In this document: one piece after another, positions 1 through 9,790 of the stretch
How positions within the stretch are numbered: position 1 is the stretch's first letter
Layout: each line of letters begins with the position of its first letter
Source of the DNA: Flavobacteriales bacterium
GTDB taxonomy: Bacteria; Bacteroidota; Bacteroidia; Flavobacteriales; TMED113
NCBI GenBank assembly: GCA_002718895.1
Contig: PBGD01000007.1
Location: 10,898 to 74,897, forward strand
Length of the DNA stretch: 64,000 nt
Direction of reading: 5' to 3'
Made by a program: the position numbers and the translations under genes
Notes under the pieces: generated by a model
What the model was told of the DNA's origin: nothing
Database searches by the model: none
The model's input: only the letters and a program-made list of their open reading frames with translations

Positions 1-74
1 TATATTTACATTAGAATTAATGCAATTTCTTAATTCATTATTGCGTTAATAATTTAATCATAAAACTTTTAAAC

Positions 75-233
75 ATGAAAATAATAGACCCTGCATACTT
101 GCGCAAAAAAATAAATAAACTCAACAAAAAAATTCACAGAGCAGAAAATCAGGGTGTAGATAATAAGGTTTGGTGGCGAAAAATAAAATTAGATAAATTA
201 AAATATAGATTAAAAAAAATGTTAAATCGCTAA
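75..233 (+). CDS. Small basic hypothetical protein, 52 aa (not in the ORF track)
   Basis: ATG at 75 to TAA at 231-233, translated by hand: MKIIDPAYLRKKINKLNKKIHRAENQGVDNKVWWRKIKLDKLKYRLKKMLNR. A-rich leader; convergent with the 288..2405 gene. Confidence 0.55.
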   Translation: MKIIDPAYLRKKINKLNKKIHRAENQGVDNKVWWRKIKLDKLKYRLKKMLNR

Positions 234-287
234 ATCATCCAACTATTTCAATTTTTTTAAGGCTAGCAGAATTAGTTTATGACTCAA

Positions 288-2405
288 TTATCGCTTAACT
301 ATTTCTATAGTTGTATCCTCTTTAAGGTCAAAAGTTAATTCAGTTTTATATATTTTTTTATTATTGATTTTAAAATAAGTAAAATTAGGACATGTTTCAT
401 CAATAATTTTTATTGTGTATTCTATTCCTGAAAAGTACTCTCCCAGAAAGTCACCCTGAAGACTTAAACTATTTAAATTAAAAGAACATTCTGACAGAAT
501 TTTAATTGTATACACGGATTTAATTTGAAAATATTTTTTTAATTGTTTTTTTATATTTTCAGGTCTTTTATTAAAAAATGTATACATCTTTTTAAGATTT
601 AATCTTTCCCATTTTTTAATTATTTTTTCATTGGTCCCAAAGTATTTTTTAGAGTCATATTTTTTAAGCAGTCGAGGCATTTCTGGCTCAATTTTTTTTT
701 GGAAATCTAATGCTGCTGAGAATATATTTTCTGGCTTTAGAAGGGTGTTTAATAGATCCATATACCTTGTCAAAAAGGTCTCCTTAATGTGGGTATTTGA
801 TAAGAAAACCAAAAACTCTTTATTAGAAGCTTCTTGCAATAAATACTCGAACATATCGTGTTCATACATATTATTTTTTTTAGACCCGATTCCTGCATCT
901 AAATCAACTAATAAGTATTTCCATTTTGTGTTTTTTTCTGAATTCCAGAACATAGAGTTATTAGGAATCCAATCTAGGTTTGCAGCATAAGTTTGCGTAA
1001 TATAGTAGTCAGTCCAATTTTTTATATCAAAATGACCTATAGCTCTTTCAGTTTCTAAAGGAGAATTTTTAATTGATAATTTCTTTATCTTTTCCCTAAG
1101 CTCAATGTATGATTTATTGTTGCCAATTATTTCTACGCCCCATAGTTTTAATAATGAATAATTATCGTCTCTACCAAAAGACTCTTCAAAATATGTTTTG
1201 TTGTATCTTTCTCTAAGATGTAATAAACCATAATACTCTCCATTAATAAAAACAACACATGGTTGTGCTGCTTGAAAATCTACATTAATTTTAGGGCCTA
1301 AATAATTCTGAAAAAAGGCGTCTCTAAAATGAACTTTCAATGCATCTTGTCCTGAGTTTCGAAGTATAATTTCTGAAAATTCATCACTTTTTTTATTCTT
1401 AAATGGTTGAAATTTAAAATTATCATTTTTATTATTTGCAATGAGCCTAATTGATTTTAGGGCACTTGTTTTTGAATAATTGCCGTGAATTTTAATTTTA
1501 ACCTTTTCTTTTAAAAGAGCTTTTTTGTCTTCATTAAAGTATTCGGCAAACGCTGCAAGTTTTATGTTTTTCCAGTAATTAGCGCCTTTATAAGGGAATG
1601 TGTCTTCTGCAGAAAACCCTTTTTTCATAATGCCAATTGTATCATTCCAAATAGAATTACTATCTGCAATTATAGAGACTATAGGTAGTTGGGTTTTTTC
1701 ATTAACAAATAATGATAAGTGCTTGTTTTTACTTTCAAATTCTCCTACAATAAACTTGGCTTTTATAGTGATATTTTCTTTCACTATTAAGCTGTCTTTA
1801 AATTGCTCTGAGTTTTTGTTTGGATTCGATCCATCTGTTGTAAAATACATTGGAATGCTAGATAAAGTTGGATCTATTTTTAGAGTTACAGAATTATTAT
1901 AAAATCCTGATTCTAAATTGAATTTAGGTTTTTTTAATCTTACAATACTTGCATTATTAGTTTTTCCCATACTTCTAGATGACATTGGAACAATCAGTTT
2001 ATTCCCATCTGGGAATCTTCCACAGTATGGTCTATTATTCAATTTTTTTAAATGAAAATCATCAACAATTTCGCCATTAATATTGAGTTGAATACTTATT
2101 TCTTTGGAATTAGTGGGAGTATCTACTTTTGCAAAAAACCAATCTTTCGCTTTTAATTTTGTTAACTCTTCAAGTATTATTTTTTTTGAATTTATTAATA
2201 TAAAAGCAGAGTCAATATTAATATCAAAATTACGAGAATTGAATATTTCTATATATTCTAATTGATTTGGAATTTCTTCAATAAATGATAATTCATTTAT
2301 AAAAACACCGTAGTGATTCTGAGAAAATTTATTGGTGTTTTTTTTAGTTCCTATTGTACAACTACATATTAAAATACATATAATAAACACGTAACATCCC
2401 CTCAT
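288..2405 (-). CDS. CotH kinase family protein with lamin-tail-like and chitobiase/Fn3-associated domains; probable lipoprotein
   Basis: N-terminal hydrophobic stretch ending LICSC. LTD-like INEL...EYIEIFN...GRFPDG. CHB_HEX_C-like FNLESGFY...YFTTDGSNP. CotH motifs KIHGNYS, LRNSGQD, NLDWIPNN, LVDLDAG. Confidence 0.85.
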   Translation of the reverse strand: MRGCYVFIICILICSCTIGTKKNTNKFSQNHYGVFINELSFIEEIPNQLEYIEIFNSRNFDINIDSAFILINSKKIILEELTKLKAKDWFFAKVDTPTNSKEISIQLNINGEIVDDFHLKKLNNRPYCGRFPDGNKLIVPMSSRSMGKTNNASIVRLKKPKFNLESGFYNNSVTLKIDPTLSSIPMYFTTDGSNPNKNSEQFKDSLIVKENITIKAKFIVGEFESKNKHLSLFVNEKTQLPIVSIIADSNSIWNDTIGIMKKGFSAEDTFPYKGANYWKNIKLAAFAEYFNEDKKALLKEKVKIKIHGNYSKTSALKSIRLIANNKNDNFKFQPFKNKKSDEFSEIILRNSGQDALKVHFRDAFFQNYLGPKINVDFQAAQPCVVFINGEYYGLLHLRERYNKTYFEESFGRDDNYSLLKLWGVEIIGNNKSYIELREKIKKLSIKNSPLETERAIGHFDIKNWTDYYITQTYAANLDWIPNNSMFWNSEKNTKWKYLLVDLDAGIGSKKNNMYEHDMFEYLLQEASNKEFLVFLSNTHIKETFLTRYMDLLNTLLKPENIFSAALDFQKKIEPEMPRLLKKYDSKKYFGTNEKIIKKWERLNLKKMYTFFNKRPENIKKQLKKYFQIKSVYTIKILSECSFNLNSLSLQGDFLGEYFSGIEYTIKIIDETCPNFTYFKINNKKIYKTELTFDLKEDTTIEIVKR

Positions 2406-5032
2406 GATCTAATCATTTTTTTAACAATTATTATTAAAAACATTATTAATAGAATATAACTTAAACCTTTATATTTATTAGAATTCTGCACAGAATTTAT
2501 TAAATAATTTGGGCCAATTATTTCAAATTTTTTATGTGAATTATCTAATTCTGAAACCGTAATGTTTTCAATATTTAGTTTTTCGTTTGGAAATAAAATG
2601 CGTTGATTTACACAATTCCAAATGATTTTTTTATTATCAAATATTTGTAAACCCTTTAAATCAATTGGGTACGGTGCATTTGATGTTAGGTATATGCTTG
2701 TCCCATTTTTTTCAGTAAATAATTTATATGGAAATTTCTTATTAGCTTTAATAAATTCAACATGTTTATTGACAAAAGTATTATTAAACATTTCATTTTC
2801 TGATACCGCACTTACAAGATTAGGATTTTCAATAATTATAGGATGAGCATTATTTATGTAGTAATTATTATTTAATTTAATCATACCACTTCCCTCTATC
2901 CCTACTCCTTTTTTGCAAGTCACAATAAGATTATTCTTCACCTGATTATTCATGGATGTGCTATCAATAGTCAACGAAATCCCTTTATCTTTAGAATTAA
3001 TAATTGTATTATTAAACACCTGTATTTGCTTGCCCCAATTCAGGTCAATACCATCATCTGCAGAATTAGTAATAAAGTTATTGTATATTTTAAGATCTTG
3101 ACATTTAGTTCCTTCAATAGCATCAGCTATTCCAATAATTGTATTTTTACTAACATCACCAGAGCAGTCTAACATAAGTACACCTTCACCTGAATTATTT
3201 TCAAAATAATTATTTATTATTGTAACAGGACAATGGTTGAAGCTCACAGACTCTCTGACAAAATTATCAGTGGCTTTACATTTTATCATTTTTGCTTCTC
3301 CTCTTATTTGGCGAATTATAGATTTCCATTTTACTTGTGAAAAATCACAGTATTCTAATTCTAGATCTCCTTCAGAATATATTCCTGACCAAAATAATTC
3401 TTCTCTATGACATTGAATCTTAATAAGATTATTTTTATCACCATGTATTTTTAAACTACCGTAATTTAAAATCTGGCAATTTGGATAAACATAAATCTCA
3501 CTTTTCCCTTTAACAATTAATTTGCCAGATTTTTCAATTTTGAGGTCTTGAGGAATTACAATTACTTTATTTTCAAGAACAACCTTGTCATTAATAGTCC
3601 CTGTTAAGAAGTGTGCTTCTCCGACATTAAAAAAACTTCTTGTGTTGTGACCATTTGTTTTAGTCTGGCCATTTACGGCATTTATGTGCCAATAGTATTT
3701 CCCTTTGGGCAAAGAATATTTGAAAAAAGTATCTCTAATATTTTTAAATATATAAGTTTCTTTATTATCAAATAATTTACTTTCACTTATTTTCAAGTCA
3801 TATGAATTACATTTTTCATTTCCCACATAAGAGTTCCCCCAGGTTAATAAAATGGTGTCTTTAAAATGTTGGTTATAATTATTATACATTAAAAATGGTG
3901 TGGGGGTATTATTAATTTGATTTTTAACCTCTTTTGGTCGATTTATTATATAATTTTTAATTTTTTTAATTTCTTTTTCCCATTGTTTAAAGGAATTTAC
4001 CTGGTCCGTTGTATCAAGATCTATATATTGATCTAAAGTAATTTTAAGTGAATCAATAATTGGATAAAGTACTTCTGGATTAAAAATATTTTCAGATATA
4101 TTTTCAATTTCTTTTTTAATATCTTCAAAAATAACAGGATGTAAAAAAAGTTTTTTAATTAATGGGTTTTCTGGCATAGCCCCAGAAGACAAATTACTCC
4201 ACGAGCAATAATCATATCTTAAAAACTCATTATATGAACTCATAGTTTTATCTAGGTCCCAAGGCAAGTAATACCATTTATTATCATCAATTATGTTGTG
4301 ATATAAAAAGTAATTATGATAGTAAGTGCTACCATTGCCAATTAATATATTTAGAGCAACAGATGATATCAAGTTTTGATAATTAAATTTATCTTTTATA
4401 AACTCACGATATCTATATATCGGTGTATAATTGATTTGATCAATTAATTGCTTAAGATCTTGATTTCCCCAATTTATATTATTTTTTTTTTGCCAATAAT
4501 AGTCCGCATCATCATACATTGACAAATTTGCATAATCTTTGCTAGCTTTATATAAGTTGCCATATGAACTTAAATTATTCCTTAATAGAAAACTATCATC
4601 TACATTTTCTACGTCTAAATAAATTCCTAAAAATTCGTCATTTAAAAATACAGCTTTGTGGGAGCAAGAAAACACAGGCACACTTATCATACTGTATAGT
4701 TGTGATGATAGTTGTTGGTGCATATATGATTTATCTAAATAGTCTGCATTTAGATTAATACTTTTATTTCCACTTTCAGTGGAAAATTTTATTTTAAGTG
4801 ACTTTTTGTTAAATTTTCTTGATGAACTACCTCTAACCCTTACTTTTGAGTTGTACTTTCCTCCGTCATACTGCAACTCACAGTTTATGTAATTATCATC
4901 TAAATAATTTAAGTAAATACCATTAAAATCTTCTGAATCACAATAAACAAATACCGAATCAATTTGTGAGCTAATTAAGTAGTTTGTAAAAAATAAAAAC
5001 ACAAAAATTATTCTTTTTAAATTTCGAGTCAT
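2402..5032 (-). CDS. CotH kinase family protein with Fn3-like and right-handed beta-helix domains and a C-terminal membrane anchor
   Basis: Signal peptide. CotH motifs KVRVRGSSSR.F.KKSLKIKF, LNADYLDKS, YYHNYFLY, YLPWDLDK. Beta-helix repeats (NSADDGIDL, NSKDKGISL). Ends in hydrophobic SYILLIMFLIIIV followed by KKMIRS. Confidence 0.85.
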   Translation of the reverse strand: MTRNLKRIIFVFLFFTNYLISSQIDSVFVYCDSEDFNGIYLNYLDDNYINCELQYDGGKYNSKVRVRGSSSRKFNKKSLKIKFSTESGNKSINLNADYLDKSYMHQQLSSQLYSMISVPVFSCSHKAVFLNDEFLGIYLDVENVDDSFLLRNNLSSYGNLYKASKDYANLSMYDDADYYWQKKNNINWGNQDLKQLIDQINYTPIYRYREFIKDKFNYQNLISSVALNILIGNGSTYYHNYFLYHNIIDDNKWYYLPWDLDKTMSSYNEFLRYDYCSWSNLSSGAMPENPLIKKLFLHPVIFEDIKKEIENISENIFNPEVLYPIIDSLKITLDQYIDLDTTDQVNSFKQWEKEIKKIKNYIINRPKEVKNQINNTPTPFLMYNNYNQHFKDTILLTWGNSYVGNEKCNSYDLKISESKLFDNKETYIFKNIRDTFFKYSLPKGKYYWHINAVNGQTKTNGHNTRSFFNVGEAHFLTGTINDKVVLENKVIVIPQDLKIEKSGKLIVKGKSEIYVYPNCQILNYGSLKIHGDKNNLIKIQCHREELFWSGIYSEGDLELEYCDFSQVKWKSIIRQIRGEAKMIKCKATDNFVRESVSFNHCPVTIINNYFENNSGEGVLMLDCSGDVSKNTIIGIADAIEGTKCQDLKIYNNFITNSADDGIDLNWGKQIQVFNNTIINSKDKGISLTIDSTSMNNQVKNNLIVTCKKGVGIEGSGMIKLNNNYYINNAHPIIIENPNLVSAVSENEMFNNTFVNKHVEFIKANKKFPYKLFTEKNGTSIYLTSNAPYPIDLKGLQIFDNKKIIWNCVNQRILFPNEKLNIENITVSELDNSHKKFEIIGPNYLINSVQNSNKYKGLSYILLIMFLIIIVKKMIRS

Positions 5033-5039
5033 TTTTTCA

Positions 5040-6977
5040 TTATTTAATTAAATACTTTTTCTCAATAGAACCATCATCATAAATTTCTAAATAAAAGCCT
5101 TTGGTTTTTGTTCTAATATTTCCAGGAACATCAATTACACTAATTAACTTTTTAAAATATAGCCTATTGTCATTTGTTTTTAATAAATCTAATTCAAATA
5201 AATTGGAGAATGAAAGGCATCCATTACTATCAATATATGAAACTGAATATGATCCATTTTGTAGTGGTATATAATTAAATTGATTAGCGCCATTAATACT
5301 GTCTCCATTTAAAAACCATTGATAACTCATCATGGACGATTCAGTATACAATGTAGATGAAGAGAAATTAATAGAAGCATTACTAGTTGGATAAAATTCA
5401 ACATTTGTAATAATTACACTATCACAACCAACAGGATTATATAAAGAGTCAATATATACACCTTCTTGAGTATATGTTGAATTTAATACAAATGCTGTAT
5501 CGCCTTCACAAATTGAATTATAAATATAATTAGTTTCATCTGAACACATCAACCCCTTAGCGACATTAATTGAGTATGGATATAAAGCAATATTAACAGT
5601 GCCAGTATCTTTCAATGTTTGTATATAATCATTTCCATCAATTACATCATATAAAGAGTCAGAATAACTTTTTTCCCAAAATACATTATTGCTATTTGAA
5701 AGCATATCGTCAACCGACACTATAATAGTATCTTCTGAAATATTTGTTAAAATAATAGACCCTTCTTGTGTTATCTCGTTTTCAAATCGCCAACCAAATA
5801 ATGTAGGATATTCAACAATTCTTGGCACACCATTATTATTAAAGAAGGTTACAGTATCCATTAAATTAATTGGTGTTTTGATTCTAGTAGCTTTTGATTT
5901 GTCAATTTTGACTTTATTCCATATTGAGGCAAAAACACCAGTAGCTCGTTTTCTATAATTATTTTGTGTATCTAGAGCATCCCAATTTTCAAAAATTCCA
6001 CCAATATTAAACATGCTAATGTCTTCAACCAATTTATTATTTAAAAATAATTGATGAGATGCGCTAAACATTAAAACTAAGCTCCATCTATTTCGGAATC
6101 GGTGATCAGAAGTATTATCCGTAATACCGTATCCAACCCAAAGTTCATAAGGCTGCAAATTCGTTGTTGTATCTTGAAATCCACGTACGGATTCATAAGT
6201 AGGGATTTGATCAAAAGCATATGCTAATAATTGCTTAGTGGTAAACAATGTGTCGGCACCTTTAAGGTAGAAAAATGCAGACCACCTAAATGCATCTGCT
6301 GGATTAGTCATATTATACAAGGCTTCATTCCAATACTGTGCCCTAGGGTTAGAAGCACCAAAGTTTCCAGCTGAAACCGCAATTTTAGTGTTTGGTAGAA
6401 ATGAACGAATAGAGTCAATATAAATATCACAAGTCGCGGCATAATCTTCAGCAGTAGGAAAATGACTAATGCTGTGTGTGTTTCCAGATTTTCCCATTTC
6501 ATCTCCTAGTCTAATTCGTTCAATTGAAACACCATTATTTTTGGCAGAATGTAAACTTTCAAGTTGAGAAGTAATACTACTGCTAATCATATTTAAGCAA
6601 TACAAACCTTCAGCATTCACTTGATTTAATGCATTTTGAAAATTTTCAGGAGTTATGTCAATAACTGTAGCATTTGCTTGACCCCAAGTTAATTGAATAG
6701 AATCAACACAGCAAGTATCTAAAAAAGATTGAGGGTAAAACCATCCATTGTCCCAATCCCATAAATCTGGAGATGGTGGGTAAGCTAATACGTCAGGAAA
6801 CATAGTAGCAACGGAGTCAACAAAAACACTATCCACCCATGATGGACCCCTCCAAGTTTGACCACCAAAATTAGCTGTTGGAATTGATCTATTAAAAGTA
6901 TCTAACTCAAGAATAAATTGTTGCGGAAAAATAAAAGAGCTTAATGAAATAAAAAATATAAATAAAAATTTATTCAT
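5040..6977 (-). CDS. Secreted GH-A clan-like (GH79/GH51-like) barrel protein with a short T9SS-like C-terminal tail
   Basis: Signal peptide. LAYP..PDLWDWDNGW, LNMISS, IRLGDE and ELWVGY resemble clan GH-A strand motifs. GCDS-type Ig-like segment. Tail IDVPG...EIYDDGSIEKKYLIK. Confidence 0.6.
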   Translation of the reverse strand: MNKFLFIFFISLSSFIFPQQFILELDTFNRSIPTANFGGQTWRGPSWVDSVFVDSVATMFPDVLAYPPSPDLWDWDNGWFYPQSFLDTCCVDSIQLTWGQANATVIDITPENFQNALNQVNAEGLYCLNMISSSITSQLESLHSAKNNGVSIERIRLGDEMGKSGNTHSISHFPTAEDYAATCDIYIDSIRSFLPNTKIAVSAGNFGASNPRAQYWNEALYNMTNPADAFRWSAFFYLKGADTLFTTKQLLAYAFDQIPTYESVRGFQDTTTNLQPYELWVGYGITDNTSDHRFRNRWSLVLMFSASHQLFLNNKLVEDISMFNIGGIFENWDALDTQNNYRKRATGVFASIWNKVKIDKSKATRIKTPINLMDTVTFFNNNGVPRIVEYPTLFGWRFENEITQEGSIILTNISEDTIIVSVDDMLSNSNNVFWEKSYSDSLYDVIDGNDYIQTLKDTGTVNIALYPYSINVAKGLMCSDETNYIYNSICEGDTAFVLNSTYTQEGVYIDSLYNPVGCDSVIITNVEFYPTSNASINFSSSTLYTESSMMSYQWFLNGDSINGANQFNYIPLQNGSYSVSYIDSNGCLSFSNLFELDLLKTNDNRLYFKKLISVIDVPGNIRTKTKGFYLEIYDDGSIEKKYLIK

Positions 6978-6997
6978 GAATATATATTATGTTATAT

Positions 6998-7005
6998 CAA
7001 ATATA
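6998..7005 (-). promoter_or_regulatory. Bacteroidota -7 promoter element (TATATTTG)
   Basis: Reverse complement of caaatata matches TAnnTTTG, 20 bp upstream of the 6977 ATG. Confidence 0.6.
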
Positions 7006-7065
7006 ACCCTTTTAAAATTGAGAAAAGTTATTACACTTTTATTTGGATTTTAAACTGATGTAAAC

Positions 7066-7926
7066 TTATTTTATTTGATCTAAAAAAAGAGATCTTCCTA
7101 AACTAATTAACTCATTAGCTTTAAAAAAGTCAAACATGCTGCTAGAACTTCTTGGAACTTTAATCACTAGGTTAGGTTTATGTTTTTCTATTGAATCTTG
7201 TATTATTTTATCTTGCATAATTTGAAAGGTTCTACCAGCAATATCAAAAAAACTACCAACTTGTCCGTTTTTAGTTAGCGAAAAATTGTCAATATTAATT
7301 GGGAGATAACTACTTAAAGATCGGATATATTTATCATAATCAATTAAATAACTCTTTTCTGTTTTATCGTGATTTGGTTCAAATGAATTTAAGTCAATGC
7401 CCATTAAAATATCGCCGTCTATTCTTTCTACATGTGATAATGGTAAGGGATTTATAATCCCTCCATCCACAAGAACTTTATTGTTTAGTTTTACAGGTTT
7501 TACAATTGATGGAATAGCACAAGATGCACGTATGGCATTAAATAAACTTCCTGATCTAAAGACATGCTCCTTGTGTGAAATTAAATCTACAGCTACTGCT
7601 GAATATGGTGTTTTTAAGTTTTCAATTTCAATATCTTGAAAAATCGTTTTAATTTCATTAAATATCTTATCACCCTTTAATATGCCTTGATGATTAATAG
7701 TAAAATCCATTAGACGAAAAACATCTTTTTTATCTAGTTGTACTACCCAATCTGTAAATTTAGATAGGTTGCCAGATGCATACATTCCTCCAATTAATGA
7801 GCCAATAGAGCAACCTGAAATAGAGGTAATTTTATAGCCTTGTTTTTCTAATTCTTCAATAATGCCAATTGCCGCTAACCCCCTTGCCCCTCCACTTGAA
7901 ATAACTAATGCAACATTTTTCATCAC
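7066..7926 (-). CDS. Patatin-like phospholipase (RssA-like)
   Basis: SGGARG oxyanion motif, GCSIG nucleophile elbow, DGG motif. Confidence 0.92.
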   Translation of the reverse strand: MMKNVALVISSGGARGLAAIGIIEELEKQGYKITSISGCSIGSLIGGMYASGNLSKFTDWVVQLDKKDVFRLMDFTINHQGILKGDKIFNEIKTIFQDIEIENLKTPYSAVAVDLISHKEHVFRSGSLFNAIRASCAIPSIVKPVKLNNKVLVDGGIINPLPLSHVERIDGDILMGIDLNSFEPNHDKTEKSYLIDYDKYIRSLSSYLPINIDNFSLTKNGQVGSFFDIAGRTFQIMQDKIIQDSIEKHKPNLVIKVPRSSSSMFDFFKANELISLGRSLFLDQIK

Positions 7927-7982
7927 TATAAATATAATAGTATTTAATTCATTAATTATTTAAATATGGTTTAGTTCCAATG

Positions 7983-9128
7983 TCAGTATTTACGACCATT
8001 TAGTAAAACACCAATTATTGTTTTACGTACAAATAAATGATATGAAGCAATTGAAATAAAAAAAACAATTGTTATAATAATTATAAATTTTAAAGATATC
8101 GGAACAGTAAAATGATTTATTAATCCAGGCAATAAAATAGTTAATGGTAGATGAATTAAATATATCCAATATGAAGCATCAAGGAGGTACTTCATAGAAT
8201 TATTATGAAAATTCAAATACTTTAGAAATAATCCAACAAGTCCATAAATAAATAGCCATGTAGAAAACGCATTTAAAATAATTAACATGTAGTTTTCAAG
8301 AATTTCGAAAAAAAGAAATGAAAGAGTAAATACTATAACTCCAAAAATTGTATAAAACAATGACCCCTCTTTAAAATACTCCATTAAATTATTTGACTTA
8401 AATAAAAACCACCCAAAAATGTAAAACAAGAAATAAAACATAAAGGTTTTTATGGAGGGGATAAAAGAAATTGAGGCATCTATCCAAATACTATTAGAAA
8501 CATATAATATAACAGATGTAATTACTGGTAAAATAGAAATTTTTAAAATTGAATTTGACAAAACATAATCATAAGTTCTATTTGAATATTGTTTCAGGAA
8601 ATCCATTTTTTTACTTTTTAGTATAATTGCATTAATTAGAATTGGAACTATTGAAAATAACATTAAGTAATATAAAAACCATAAATGCATGGTGTTGAAA
8701 GGTATAAAAGTAAATAAATTAATGTGCTCCCAAACATTAAAAGCAAGCGCGTTAGATTCATCTAATCTTAAAGCATTTGTGCTAAACTTAATGCATAAAC
8801 GAGCAATTGGTGTGAGAATAAATACAAATATTATAAAAGGTAAAAAAATTCTTTTCAATCTATTTCTAATCATTATTTTGGGCGATTTATTATAGAATAA
8901 AAAAGCTGCAAAAAAACCTGAAACAATAAAGAAAATAGGCATTCTAAATATGTGAATTACACCGAATAACCAATCAAAAAATATATGATTTGTTTCACTA
9001 TGAATTGGCCACCCAGGATAATGAGAACTAGAAAATGTTATTGCGGTGTGTAAAACTACTCCTAGCAACATCATGATGCCTCTCAGTGCATCAAGAGCGT
9101 GAATTCTTTTATTGTTTAACATAATCAA
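7983..9128 (-). CDS. Acyltransferase family 3 (OpgC/MdoC-like) membrane protein
   Basis: RIHALDALRG...LGVVLH, HIFRMPIFF.VSGFF, RLKRIFLP, HLWFLYYL, ASYWIYLIH; many TM helices. Confidence 0.9.
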   Translation of the reverse strand: MIMLNNKRIHALDALRGIMMLLGVVLHTAITFSSSHYPGWPIHSETNHIFFDWLFGVIHIFRMPIFFIVSGFFAAFLFYNKSPKIMIRNRLKRIFLPFIIFVFILTPIARLCIKFSTNALRLDESNALAFNVWEHINLFTFIPFNTMHLWFLYYLMLFSIVPILINAIILKSKKMDFLKQYSNRTYDYVLSNSILKISILPVITSVILYVSNSIWIDASISFIPSIKTFMFYFLFYIFGWFLFKSNNLMEYFKEGSLFYTIFGVIVFTLSFLFFEILENYMLIILNAFSTWLFIYGLVGLFLKYLNFHNNSMKYLLDASYWIYLIHLPLTILLPGLINHFTVPISLKFIIIITIVFFISIASYHLFVRKTIIGVLLNGRKY

Positions 9129-9142
9129 ATGGTATTAAATTA

Positions 9143-9787
9143 TCACTCATCATTTGGGTTAAGACAAACCATAACCATCGTAATAGCAAATACACATTCC
9201 CACAGTTCTGCGACCCTAGGAATTTGTAATATATTTAAAACTATACTCATTATTAAAAAAACAACACTATACTCCAATTTTGGTATAGGTATACTATATT
9301 TTAAGAATATATTATTAATCGAATTATATTTTTTGTGTATTACAGGTGTAAATAAAAAGTAAACAGACAAAACTGCAACTAATAGATAGGTAAAAATCCA
9401 TTTATTAAGCTTTATTCCATTAATATTTAAATTATGAATATTAGTTTCACTTTGCAGGTTGTTGTCGAGAAAAAAATCTGGTGAACTAATATTAAATATC
9501 CTTTGTCCCCAGGATATCTCTTCAGCAAAGCCAAAAAACAAAATCAAACCCATAATGATCAGTCCTGTTTTTTGAGATAATTTTAATTGTTGCCTTCTTT
9601 TGACAAAAGATTTAAATAATATACAAGAAGCAATTAACAATGCAATAGCAGAGATGTATTCAATAGATCCATCTTCTTTTACAATTTCGGCATATATAGT
9701 TGGATTGATAAAGTACATGCTTGTGCACGTACATATAATTATCATGCAAATACAATAAAATCTAAAAGAAATCAAAAAACTAATCAT
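9143..9787 (-). CDS. Conserved-looking multi-pass membrane protein of unknown function
   Basis: About 5-6 hydrophobic helices; polar motifs KEDGSIE and EEISWGQRIF...NLQSETNIHNL. Confidence 0.7.
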   Translation of the reverse strand: MISFLISFRFYCICMIIICTCTSMYFINPTIYAEIVKEDGSIEYISAIALLIASCILFKSFVKRRQQLKLSQKTGLIIMGLILFFGFAEEISWGQRIFNISSPDFFLDNNLQSETNIHNLNINGIKLNKWIFTYLLVAVLSVYFLFTPVIHKKYNSINNIFLKYSIPIPKLEYSVVFLIMSIVLNILQIPRVAELWECVFAITMVMVCLNPNDE

Positions 9788-9790
9788 TTT

